A stretch of DNA of 28,493 bases from Pseudobdellovibrionaceae bacterium (GTDB taxonomy: Bacteria; Bdellovibrionota; Bdellovibrionia; Bdellovibrionales; Bdellovibrionaceae): positions 1 to 28,493 of the forward strand of contig JBGGMM010000157.1 in the NCBI GenBank assembly GCA_041288045.1. The letters run 5' to 3'. Positions within the stretch are counted from its first letter, which is position 1, and each line of letters begins with the position of its first letter. The translations under genes were made by a program, and so were the position numbers. Below, piece after piece: positions 1 to 7,978 of the stretch. The notes beneath the pieces are model-generated. The model saw nothing but the letters and a program-made list of their open reading frames with translations. It did no database searches and was not told the origin of the DNA.

Positions 1-793
1 GCAGCCTTTGTCGAATCTCGTGAAAACCAGATGGCAGCTGGGCCCAGAAATCCCCATCGCTCCAATCAATCATTCTTTGCTTGTCAGCTAGCAAACAGTA
101 CTCAAAGGGATTCGGCGACAAACAGATTTCACCAGATAAAAAATTTTCCCGGAGATTTTTGGATTCCGGTTGGGAAAGATAAAAATCCGTATAGCGATTG
201 TAAATGAAATCAGCCTCGATGGCCTTTCGGAAATCGGCGATCTGAGTGGACCATCCCCACTTTTGGAAATATGCCTGAAAAACCAGAAATTCAGCGAAGA
301 GCCTCTGCTTTTCGGGTTCCTCATCAATGATGGCGACTTGAAAAGGCGTCGGCAGAGATTTCTTTTGCAGCTGCATTTCAGTCTCGATACTGTCTTTCAG
401 TTGAAGCATACTGAAATCCGACACTGGTAATGGCAACTTTCGCATTTGATACATTTCGTAACCAAGTGCCAAAAAGGCCGCATTGGTGTTGATTTCTATC
501 AGCTTCAATTCACCAGTCGAATCCAAATGAAAATCATAACTCATGCAAATGGATTTATTGCCTGGATCTTTTATTCCCCGCTCTTGAATTTCACTGTTTA
601 AGAGAGCTTGATACTCTGGACTTTCTCGAAGTTCAAAAGAGGCTTGAACGAAATCTTCCGCTTGATTGAAAACTTTTTTGGGCAATTGAATTTCAAAAAG
701 TGAAAGCAATTGCGGCGAAATCAGCTCATCCAACTCTTTTTCTGAAAGAGAGGGATGAGCTTGAATAAGGTGAGAAATAAATTCTTGTTTCAA
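1..793 (-). CDS. Circularly permuted ATP-grasp family protein (glutathionylspermidine synthase-like fold), 3' end outside the window
   Basis: Not in the ORF track because it runs off the edge. Hand translation from TTG at 793, directly after the peroxiredoxin TAA, is open to base 1: MKQEFISHLIQAHP...SICMSYDFHLDSTGELKLIEINTNAAFL...AIIDEEPEKQRLFAEF...FIYNRYTDFYL...LSPNPFEYCLLADKQRM. The DF..KLIEIN, IYNR and ADK motifs match CP ATP-grasp ligases. Confidence 0.8.
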   Translation of the reverse strand, partial: MKQEFISHLIQAHPSLSEKELDELISPQLLSLFEIQLPKKVFNQAEDFVQASFELRESPEYQALLNSEIQERGIKDPGNKSICMSYDFHLDSTGELKLIEINTNAAFLALGYEMYQMRKLPLPVSDFSMLQLKDSIETEMQLQKKSLPTPFQVAIIDEEPEKQRLFAEFLVFQAYFQKWGWSTQIADFRKAIEADFIYNRYTDFYLSQPESKNLRENFLSGEICLSPNPFEYCLLADKQRMIDWSDGDFWAQLPSGFHEIRQRL

Positions 794-1321
794 TTACTTT
801 CCGGGTTTGACGAAAGCTTCGCCTTTTTTCCAACCGGCGCCACAGAGCTCACCCGATTGAAGAGCATTAACGACCCGAAGGATTTCATTGGCATCACGGC
901 CCACAGAAGTGTTGTGGATCCCCATGTACTGGATTTTTTGCTCTGGATCGATCACGAAAGTTCCGCGAGTGGCAATCCCACGCTCTTCCAACAGCACGCC
1001 GTAGTCGCGAGCAATCCGTTTGGTCAGATCAGCCAAAAGAGGGTAGCCCAAATTTCCGAGGTCATCTTTCAACCAACGCTTGTGAGAATGCACAGAGTCC
1101 ACGGAGCAGCCTAGAACTTCCACATTGGATTTTTTAAATTCAGCAAGTTTGTCACGAAACTGAGTGATCTCAGTTGGGCAAACAAATGTGAAGTCCAGTG
1201 GATAGAAAAACAGCACCACCCATTTTCCCTTGTAATCAGAAAGAGAGATTTTTTTCAGTTCTCCACCGTCTAAAACGGCATCTGTGACAAACTGCGGGGC
1301 TGGCTGATCGATCATCGGCAT
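794..1321 (-). CDS. ahpC: Typical 2-Cys peroxiredoxin (AhpC/Prx1 family)
   Basis: FFYPLDFTFVCPTE peroxidatic motif, GR and a resolving Cys in GELCGAGW. Start moved to ATG 1321, which has AAGGAG upstream. Confidence 0.95.
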   Translation of the reverse strand: MPMIDQPAPQFVTDAVLDGGELKKISLSDYKGKWVVLFFYPLDFTFVCPTEITQFRDKLAEFKKSNVEVLGCSVDSVHSHKRWLKDDLGNLGYPLLADLTKRIARDYGVLLEERGIATRGTFVIDPEQKIQYMGIHNTSVGRDANEILRVVNALQSGELCGAGWKKGEAFVKPGK

Positions 1322-1402
1322 AGTTACTCCTTGCGTTATCGATGGTTCTTGGATCCTGCACTTGGTGTTGCCATAGAAACGGAAATAAGCCAAGACTTGG
1401 CC

Positions 1403-2182
1403 ATGTCCGATAAAGTGAAACTGGTCTCTTGGAACGTCAATGGAATTCGAGCCTGCGGAAAAAAGGGGCTCGCTCAATTTGTGCAAACAGAAAAGCCAGA
1501 TATTTTGTGTCTTCAAGAGGTCAAAGCCAACCTGGAACAAGTCGAAGAAGATTTAAGAACTCTAGGATACAAATACAGCTATTGGTCTTCGGCCATTCGC
1601 AAAGGTTATTCCGGAGTCGCCACTTTCGTTCACCTCGAGCCCAAGAGCATTGTTAAAGGAATTGAAATTCAAGAATACGAAGCCGAAGGCCGCATCGTGA
1701 TCACCGAGCATAAGGCTTTTGATCTTTATAATATTTATTTTCCAAATGGTGGCTCCGGGGATGTTCGTCACCAGTTCAAACAGAAATTCTTGAAGGACCT
1801 CAATGCTCATTTGAAACCCAAGCTGCAATCTGGAAAACCGGTGATTGTCGTTGGCGATTACAATGTGGCTCACAAGGAAATGGACGTTTACGATCCCATT
1901 CGCCTTTCTAAGGAAAGCGGTTTCTTGCCCGAAGAGAGGCAATGGTTCGATGAATTTTTGAAATTGGGATTTATCGATACTTTCCGCGCTTTTCATCCGG
2001 AAGAAAAAAATCGCTACAGTTGGTGGTCTTACCGTGAACTGGCGCGACCGGCGAACCGAGGCTGGCGGATTGATTACATCTGCATTTCTAAAAATTTAGA
2101 GAAGAATCTGAAATCCGCTGATATTTTGGATCAGATTGAAGGCTCGGATCATTGTCCCGTCATTGCTGAGCTGGAGTTCTAA
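1403..2182 (+). CDS. xth: Exodeoxyribonuclease III / AP endonuclease
   Basis: SWNVNGIRA, LCLQEVK, GYSGVA, YFPNG, GDYNVAH, GWRIDY and GSDHCP motifs. Start at ATG 1403 (MSDKVKLVSW). Confidence 0.96.
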   Translation: MSDKVKLVSWNVNGIRACGKKGLAQFVQTEKPDILCLQEVKANLEQVEEDLRTLGYKYSYWSSAIRKGYSGVATFVHLEPKSIVKGIEIQEYEAEGRIVITEHKAFDLYNIYFPNGGSGDVRHQFKQKFLKDLNAHLKPKLQSGKPVIVVGDYNVAHKEMDVYDPIRLSKESGFLPEERQWFDEFLKLGFIDTFRAFHPEEKNRYSWWSYRELARPANRGWRIDYICISKNLEKNLKSADILDQIEGSDHCPVIAELEF

Positions 2183-2691
2183 TGCGTTTTTTCTTTCTGC
2201 TTTTCCCTTTTGCCGAAATTTTTGTCTTTTACCGATTTTCTCAAGTTTACAGCTTTTTCGATGCCCTCTTGCTTTTGTTTCTCTCAGGCGCATTGGGAAT
2301 TTTGGTGGTTAAAATCCAAGGTCGATCGACTTTGCTGCTTTTGCAGAAAGATTTGGCTCAAGGTAAAATCCCCGCCAACCAGATCTTACATCGATCCTTT
2401 GTCATTCTTGGCGCAATCCTTCTGATCATTCCCGGTTTTATTTCGGATGTGATGGGGCTTGCGGCAATTTTACCTGGGACCCGGCATCTGATGGTCCTTT
2501 ACGCAAAATTTTTGGCCAAAAAAGGGCTTCTCAGAGGTCAAGCTTTCGTGAATGGATTTCAATTTCGTCATGGGAATTTTGATTTTCGCAGTCCTTTCCC
2601 TGGCAATGGCCCAGTGGAAAAAGAAGCTCAAGTCGTCGATATTGAGCCCATTGAAATCACTCATAGCAAAAAAGACCCCGATCAAAACTGA
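2182..2691 (+). CDS. fxsA: FxsA family membrane protein
   Basis: Hydrophobic N-terminus with 'PFAEI', the 'LLIIPGFISD' FxsA signature and a 'VVDIE' tail. Start overlaps the xth stop (TAATG). Confidence 0.88.
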   Translation: MRFFFLLFPFAEIFVFYRFSQVYSFFDALLLLFLSGALGILVVKIQGRSTLLLLQKDLAQGKIPANQILHRSFVILGAILLIIPGFISDVMGLAAILPGTRHLMVLYAKFLAKKGLLRGQAFVNGFQFRHGNFDFRSPFPGNGPVEKEAQVVDIEPIEITHSKKDPDQN

Positions 2692-2737
2692 AAGAATTTT
2701 TCTTTTCAACAACCGGCAATTTGTGTAGCTTGCGCCA

Positions 2738-3970
2738 ATGCAAACCGCCTCTGATTTTCAATCTCGAATTCTAGTCAAAAAATACGGTGGAACCTCGGTC
2801 GGCACTTTGGAAAGAATCGAAAATGTTGCGGCCAGGCTTGAAACCGATATCAAGCGTGGGGAAATCCCCATCGTTGTGGCATCGGCGATGTCCGGTGAAA
2901 CCAATCGCCTAGTGGCAATGGCTGAAAAACTGGATGCCGATTACCGCGGCCCTGCCTATGACATGCTGGTTGCCTCTGGTGAGCAAGTGGCCATTGCTCT
3001 TTTGGCAATTGCTTTGCAAAAACGAGGGATTCAAGCTCAACCTCTTTTGGCCTATCAATTGGGAATTCAAACGGACAAAGTCTATTCAAAAGCGCGCATT
3101 CAAAAAATTGATGGTGAAAAACTCCTCAGCTTTTGCCGAAAGGGAATCGTTCCCATCGTCGCTGGTTTTCAGGGCGTGGATGAAGATGACAACATCACCA
3201 CTTTGGGTCGCGGTGGCTCAGACACAACGGCAGTCGCCTTAGCTGCGGCCATTCAGGCTCAGCAATGTGAAATCTATACTGATGTCGCTGCCGTCTGCAC
3301 AGCTGATCCCCGTTTGGTGCCTGGGGCGCGAGAACTTCACAAAGTCTCTTTTGAAGAGATGATGGAAATGGCAGCTTTGGGCAGCAAAGTTCTGCACATT
3401 CGCTGCGTGGAAATTGCTGCCAAATATGGAATTCGAATTCATTTGCGCTCGACTTTTGAAACTCGCGAAGGGACTTGGATTGTTCCCGAAGGAGAAATCA
3501 TGGAAAATGCTCTTGTGACAGCTGTCACTCATGATGCCAACACTTTTGTTTTTGCTCTTCACCCCATCCCGGCTGGCTCTCAGTTCCTCGGAGACTTGTT
3601 TGAAAAACTGGCGGCCAAAGGCGTGATTGTCGATATCATCACTCAAAGTGATACTGGCAGTGGTCAACGACTGGCTTTTTCTGTGAGTAAAGAAGATGTG
3701 CCACTGACCCGACAAGTTCTGAAAGAATTTTTGCCCACGACGGTTGGGATTGAAACCATGGAAGGAATGGCAAAAATTTCTGTGGTTGGTGTGGGAATGC
3801 GAAATCATCCGGGTGTCGCCGCGACTTTTTTTAAGACTTTAGCTGAAGAAAACGTCCCTGTTCTTTTGGTCACCACGTCTGAGATCAAGATCAGTGCAGT
3901 GATTGACAATGTCCATTTGCAGAAGGCAGCTCAACGTTTGTCATCTGTTTTCAGTCTCAGCCAGTTTTGA
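2738..3970 (+). CDS. lysC: Aspartate kinase (alpha subunit, about 410 aa, two ACT domains)
   Basis: KYGGTSVG, VASAM, GFQG, TTLGRGGSDTTA, IYTDV, ADPR and TSEIKIS motifs. Confidence 0.96.
   Translation: MQTASDFQSRILVKKYGGTSVGTLERIENVAARLETDIKRGEIPIVVASAMSGETNRLVAMAEKLDADYRGPAYDMLVASGEQVAIALLAIALQKRGIQAQPLLAYQLGIQTDKVYSKARIQKIDGEKLLSFCRKGIVPIVAGFQGVDEDDNITTLGRGGSDTTAVALAAAIQAQQCEIYTDVAAVCTADPRLVPGARELHKVSFEEMMEMAALGSKVLHIRCVEIAAKYGIRIHLRSTFETREGTWIVPEGEIMENALVTAVTHDANTFVFALHPIPAGSQFLGDLFEKLAAKGVIVDIITQSDTGSGQRLAFSVSKEDVPLTRQVLKEFLPTTVGIETMEGMAKISVVGVGMRNHPGVAATFFKTLAEENVPVLLVTTSEIKISAVIDNVHLQKAAQRLSSVFSLSQF
3500..3970 (+). CDS. Probable in-frame aspartate kinase beta subunit (internal start, 156 aa)
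   Basis: AAGGAG at 3489-3494 precedes in-frame ATG 3500 (M255, MENALVTAV), at the junction between the kinase and ACT domains. Confidence 0.6.
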   Translation: MENALVTAVTHDANTFVFALHPIPAGSQFLGDLFEKLAAKGVIVDIITQSDTGSGQRLAFSVSKEDVPLTRQVLKEFLPTTVGIETMEGMAKISVVGVGMRNHPGVAATFFKTLAEENVPVLLVTTSEIKISAVIDNVHLQKAAQRLSSVFSLSQF

Positions 3971-4034
3971 GTTTTTGATTTCATAACGCAAAAAAACAGC
4001 TGGATTTTAGAGCAAAATTCCTTATTCTAAGGAC

Positions 4035-4529
4035 ATGAAAATAAAATCTATTTTGGCCCTTTTGAGTGTTCTGGTTTTTACTTTTGCCTGTGGCAAAGCC
4101 ACTGAAGAAGATGAATTCAATGCTGCTGGGGAACCCAGCTCAGGTCATTTAGAAGGAAAAGTCGCAGCTGAAGATTGGACTTATGCTGCTGGCCGAGCCA
4201 AACCTCTTGCGATGAATCCAAGCCGCTTGTCGATTGATCTTTTCGGCTCTGTTCCCAATGGTGATATCTGCAGTTTCAATCCTGGCATTAACGACACTCG
4301 AATCCAGTTCACAGTGCAAAAAACCACCGGAACTTTTCCTTTGGATTATTCAGCTGGGCAGACTGTGAATTTCTACTTGGATGGACAACAAGATCCATTG
4401 GTTTCTTCTCGGGGAAGCATCTGGCTCACGGACATCAATTCTCGATCCGTCACGGGAAAACTCAAAACCATTTACAATGAAAATAATGTCGTTAACGGGC
4501 AGTTTCTTGTGGTTCACTGCGAGAATTAA
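4035..4529 (+). CDS. Hypothetical lipoprotein
   Basis: Signal peptide MKIKSILALLSVLVFTFAC with lipobox; beta-rich mature region with two further Cys. Confidence 0.8.
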   Translation: MKIKSILALLSVLVFTFACGKATEEDEFNAAGEPSSGHLEGKVAAEDWTYAAGRAKPLAMNPSRLSIDLFGSVPNGDICSFNPGINDTRIQFTVQKTTGTFPLDYSAGQTVNFYLDGQQDPLVSSRGSIWLTDINSRSVTGKLKTIYNENNVVNGQFLVVHCEN

Positions 4530-4543
4530 TCTTCTCACGCAAG

Positions 4544-4564
4544 GCAACACCACCGTGGTGTTGC
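4544..4564. terminator. Perfect inverted repeat between convergent genes, probable terminator hairpin
   Basis: GCAACACCAC-C-GTGGTGTTGC (10-bp arms) between the lipoprotein stop and the dnaE2 stop. The U-tract is weak (TCTGTTT on +). Confidence 0.55.
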
Positions 4565-4573
4565 TCTGTTTCA

Positions 4574-7500
4574 TCACGAAGACACTCCTGTATTCACATT
4601 CTCAAATCTTTCAATCGCGTGCAGAAATGGATACAGCCTTTCTACTTTGACGTTCATCACGGGTCCATTTTTTTCAAGCACTCCGCAAACATGCAAAAAG
4701 GCGGATTGATAAATGATCATTCGGTCTCTTTGATAGACCACTGGCGGAATCACTAGGTTCATAAAGCCGAATTCATCCTCGAGAGTGATAAAGCACATGC
4801 CCTTGGCTGTGGGTGGGCGTTGCGTGACGCTGATCAGGCCGGCCACACGAATTTTCTGTTTGTGTTTGAGGGATTGAAGTTTTCCTGAATCAGAAAAAAG
4901 AATGAAGCGTTTTCTTCGATACTCGTCATTGCATCTTTCCACCCAGGGTCTGAGCACTTGCATAGGGTGATGGTCCAATGAAAATCCTTTGGTGTTGCTC
5001 TCTCTGAGCATCAAATCCCAGTTGGATTCAAAGGGGATCAATTGAGCATCATCGATTTCCTTTTGCAGAATCTGCAAATCTCCCAGCTCAGACTGAATCA
5101 GGGATCGCGAAGGGCTGAAGCTCTCCTTAGGCTGACCCCACAAAAAACTAGAGGAATCCAAAGACAAAGATTCAATATGCCAAATTATTTTTCGCACATC
5201 TGCTTCAAAAGACTGAAAAGCCCCCGCCGCCGCCAATTTCAAAAGAGCATTCTTCGGCAGAAGATTTCGCCGAATGAAATCTTTGAGATCTTGATAAGCT
5301 CCCCGCTCTTGCCGATCCCTTTCAATCTGCAGAACAAATTTCTCTGGCATTCCATAAATCGACCTCAGACCCGTTCGAACCCCGTGCAACCAGCGGTTTT
5401 GTGGCTCTTCTTCCAGAGTGTAATCAAAATTCGAATTCTGAATATCCAACGGTTGAAAAAGCACTCCGTTTCTCTGGGCTTCATTGATGATCACCCGTGG
5501 AGGATAAAAACCCATAGGCTGGCTGTTCAAAAGCGCACAGGCAAAGACATCAGGATGATGGCACTTCAAGTAGCTGCTCGCATAGGTGAGAAGCGCAAAG
5601 CTCGCCGCATGACTTTCAGGGAATCCATAGTTGGCAAAACCTTCGATCGTTTTATAGATCTGCTCGGCGTACTGAGCTTCAAGCCCGTGTTTTTTCATTC
5701 CCTGCATGATTCGATCGCGGATGCCATCCATGCTGCCTTTTTTTCTCCACGCATTGGACATGATCCGCCGAAGCTCATCAGCTTCTCCTGGAGTGAAACC
5801 AGCCACAGCCACCACAATCTTCATCACCTGTTCTTGAAAAATTGGCACGCCCAAAGTTTTTTTCAAAATCGGCTCAAGATCCGGATGAGCATAGGCCACT
5901 TTCTCTTTATTTTGTCGTCGCTGCAAATAAGGATGAACCATTCCCCCCTGCAAAGGCCCTGGCCGGACAAGCGCGACCTCCACCACCAGATCATAAAAAG
6001 TTTTGGGCTTGAGCCGCGGCAAAGTGTTCATCTGCGCCCGCGATTCAATTTGAAAAACCCCCACTGTCTCAGCCTTGCAGATCATTTCGTAAGTCGCCGT
6101 GTCCTCTTGCTTAAGATTGTAGAGCTCGGCATTTTTGTTCTTATGAGTCTTCAAAAGCTCAAAACATTTTCGCAAAGCTGTCAGCATGCCGAGCGAAAGA
6201 ATATCGATTTTCATCAGCTTCAAAGTATTGATGTCATCTTTGTTCCACTGAATCACATAGCGACCATTCATGGTGGCTTTTTCAACCGGCACCATTTCGG
6301 TGATAGGATCCTGAGTGATCAGAAATCCTCCTGTATGAATCCCTAAATGCCGAGGAAAGCCATGCAGCTCTTTGGCTAGTGTCAGAATCAACTGCAAAGT
6401 CTCTTCAGAAACATGAAAACGTTCGGCCGTTCCTGGCTCAAGCAATCTTCGGATCCCATCCCGTCCCATGAATTTCACCATGGCGTTGATCTTCACAAGT
6501 GGAAGCCCAAAGACCTTGGCCGTCTCACGAAAAGCCATTCGAGAGCGATAACGAATCACCGTGCAGACCATGGCCGCATGCCGTTCATTGTATTTTTCGT
6601 AAATATGCTGAATAACCTCTTCACGGCGTGAATGTTCAAAGTCGATATCGATATCAGGAGGTTCATTTCTTTCAGGTGAAATGAATCTTTCAAACAAAAG
6701 CCCCATTTGAATCGGATCCACGGCGGTGAGCTCGAGAGCGTAACAGATCACTGAATTCGCTGCAGATCCCCGCCCCTGATAGAGAATGCCTCTGCTCTTG
6801 GCGAACTGGCAGATCTCATGCAGTGTCAGAAAATAGTCTTCATACTCGAGTTGTTTGATGATTTTCAGTTCATAATCTGCCAGCTCGGTCATCTCTGGCG
6901 GAATCTCTGCAGAGGGGTGACGCCTTTGCAAACCCTGATGAACAAGCTCCGCTAAATGCTGTGAAGCTGTTAAATTTAGCGGAAGCTGAGCTTGGGGATA
7001 GCGATATCTGATCTGATCCAGAGAAAATTCGACTCTCTCGGCAATCTCCAAAGTTTCATTCAGAAGATCCAGGCGATCCCGCCACAGATCTTGCAGCTCT
7101 TCCAAAGGCTTTAAATGCCTCTCACTGTTTTGAATAAGTATGTTCCTGGCTTCATCAATCGTTTGATGATGACAAATGCATGTGACCACATCAAAAAGAG
7201 CTTTGCGATCTGCTGTCGCCATCAAAGGTCGATTGGTGACAAACAATTGAGCGGCAAAGTTTTTTTCCAAATGCAAAGCTTGTTTGTAAAATTGGCGAGA
7301 TTCCCAAGTGAGATCCCTCCACACAGGAACATAAAGACGATCACCGAAATGTTTTTGCAGCCTGATGAATTTTTCATCAGTAACTGGAGGGAGTACAAAG
7401 CACAAAAGATCCGTGGAATCCCTCTCGACATCCTCAAGAGAAAGTTGCGAAAATCCCTTGGTGGCCTGCCTTTTTCCCAAAGTGAGAAGTTCACAGAGTC

Positions 7501-7861
7501 TGGAGTAACCATTTTTATTCAGGGGTAAAAGAGTGATGGAACTTTGATCGGTGAGGATCAGCTCAGTGCCAATCATGTAGCGAAAATTTTCGTTGACGTG
7601 AACAGAGGCCGTAAACAAAGACGGTGAATGAGCCGTCTGAAATCCTCGAGCCACACCGTAGAGTCCATTGAGATCACAAAGAGCAAGGCCCTGATAATCC
7701 AAACGCAGAGCCTGCTCGACCATTTCTTCAGGAAAAGAAGCCGCCTGCAAAAAAGAAAAATTGCTGCGGGCTAAAAGCTCAACGAATCCCTTGAACTGGA
7801 CATGCTGCTTGGGGGAGACCGTCGCCGAAGTGGTGGTTTGAATTGGAAACTTCGACACCAT
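4574..7861 (-). CDS. dnaE2: Error-prone DNA polymerase DnaE2 (ImuC)
   Basis: SNFSFL PHP start, GRGSAANS, PDIDIDFE, FPRHLGIHTGG, IQWNKDD, KIDILSLGML, GVFQIESRAQM, YGFPESHAASFA, LLNSQPMGFY and QRPPTAKG. Lies downstream of imuA and imuB. Confidence 0.97.
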   Translation of the reverse strand: MVSKFPIQTTTSATVSPKQHVQFKGFVELLARSNFSFLQAASFPEEMVEQALRLDYQGLALCDLNGLYGVARGFQTAHSPSLFTASVHVNENFRYMIGTELILTDQSSITLLPLNKNGYSRLCELLTLGKRQATKGFSQLSLEDVERDSTDLLCFVLPPVTDEKFIRLQKHFGDRLYVPVWRDLTWESRQFYKQALHLEKNFAAQLFVTNRPLMATADRKALFDVVTCICHHQTIDEARNILIQNSERHLKPLEELQDLWRDRLDLLNETLEIAERVEFSLDQIRYRYPQAQLPLNLTASQHLAELVHQGLQRRHPSAEIPPEMTELADYELKIIKQLEYEDYFLTLHEICQFAKSRGILYQGRGSAANSVICYALELTAVDPIQMGLLFERFISPERNEPPDIDIDFEHSRREEVIQHIYEKYNERHAAMVCTVIRYRSRMAFRETAKVFGLPLVKINAMVKFMGRDGIRRLLEPGTAERFHVSEETLQLILTLAKELHGFPRHLGIHTGGFLITQDPITEMVPVEKATMNGRYVIQWNKDDINTLKLMKIDILSLGMLTALRKCFELLKTHKNKNAELYNLKQEDTATYEMICKAETVGVFQIESRAQMNTLPRLKPKTFYDLVVEVALVRPGPLQGGMVHPYLQRRQNKEKVAYAHPDLEPILKKTLGVPIFQEQVMKIVVAVAGFTPGEADELRRIMSNAWRKKGSMDGIRDRIMQGMKKHGLEAQYAEQIYKTIEGFANYGFPESHAASFALLTYASSYLKCHHPDVFACALLNSQPMGFYPPRVIINEAQRNGVLFQPLDIQNSNFDYTLEEEPQNRWLHGVRTGLRSIYGMPEKFVLQIERDRQERGAYQDLKDFIRRNLLPKNALLKLAAAGAFQSFEADVRKIIWHIESLSLDSSSFLWGQPKESFSPSRSLIQSELGDLQILQKEIDDAQLIPFESNWDLMLRESNTKGFSLDHHPMQVLRPWVERCNDEYRRKRFILFSDSGKLQSLKHKQKIRVAGLISVTQRPPTAKGMCFITLEDEFGFMNLVIPPVVYQRDRMIIYQSAFLHVCGVLEKNGPVMNVKVERLYPFLHAIERFENVNTGVSS

Positions 7862-7887
7862 CCGATCACCCGCTTTTAAAAATGGGG

Positions 7888-7971
7888 TCAGTCATAAGGT
7901 TTTCGAGCTCGATATCGGCATTGCCATAAAGAAAGAATCAAAAATAAAACCGAGAAAAGGCCGAAATCCAT
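7888..7971 (-). CDS. Candidate 27-aa small membrane protein (MDFGLFSVLFLILSLWQCRYRARKPYD)
   Basis: ATG 7 nt after the imuB stop, fills most of the 117-bp imuB-dnaE2 gap, hydrophobic stretch followed by a basic tail. No strong SD. Confidence 0.4.
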   Translation of the reverse strand: MDFGLFSVLFLILSLWQCRYRARKPYD

Positions 7972-7978
7972 GGCGTGA

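Noticed and set aside
88..430. Short track ORFs 88-327 and 170-430
   Set aside because: Both lie within the longer motif-bearing ATP-grasp frame on the minus strand.
1322..1540. Long N-terminal extensions of the peroxiredoxin and xth ORFs that overlap each other
   Set aside because: Downstream ATGs (1321 with a strong SD, and 1403) match family N-termini and leave a normal 81-bp divergent gap.
5042..6346. 434-aa ORF on the + strand
   Set aside because: It is the codon-aligned antisense shadow of dnaE2, with no motifs or RBS.
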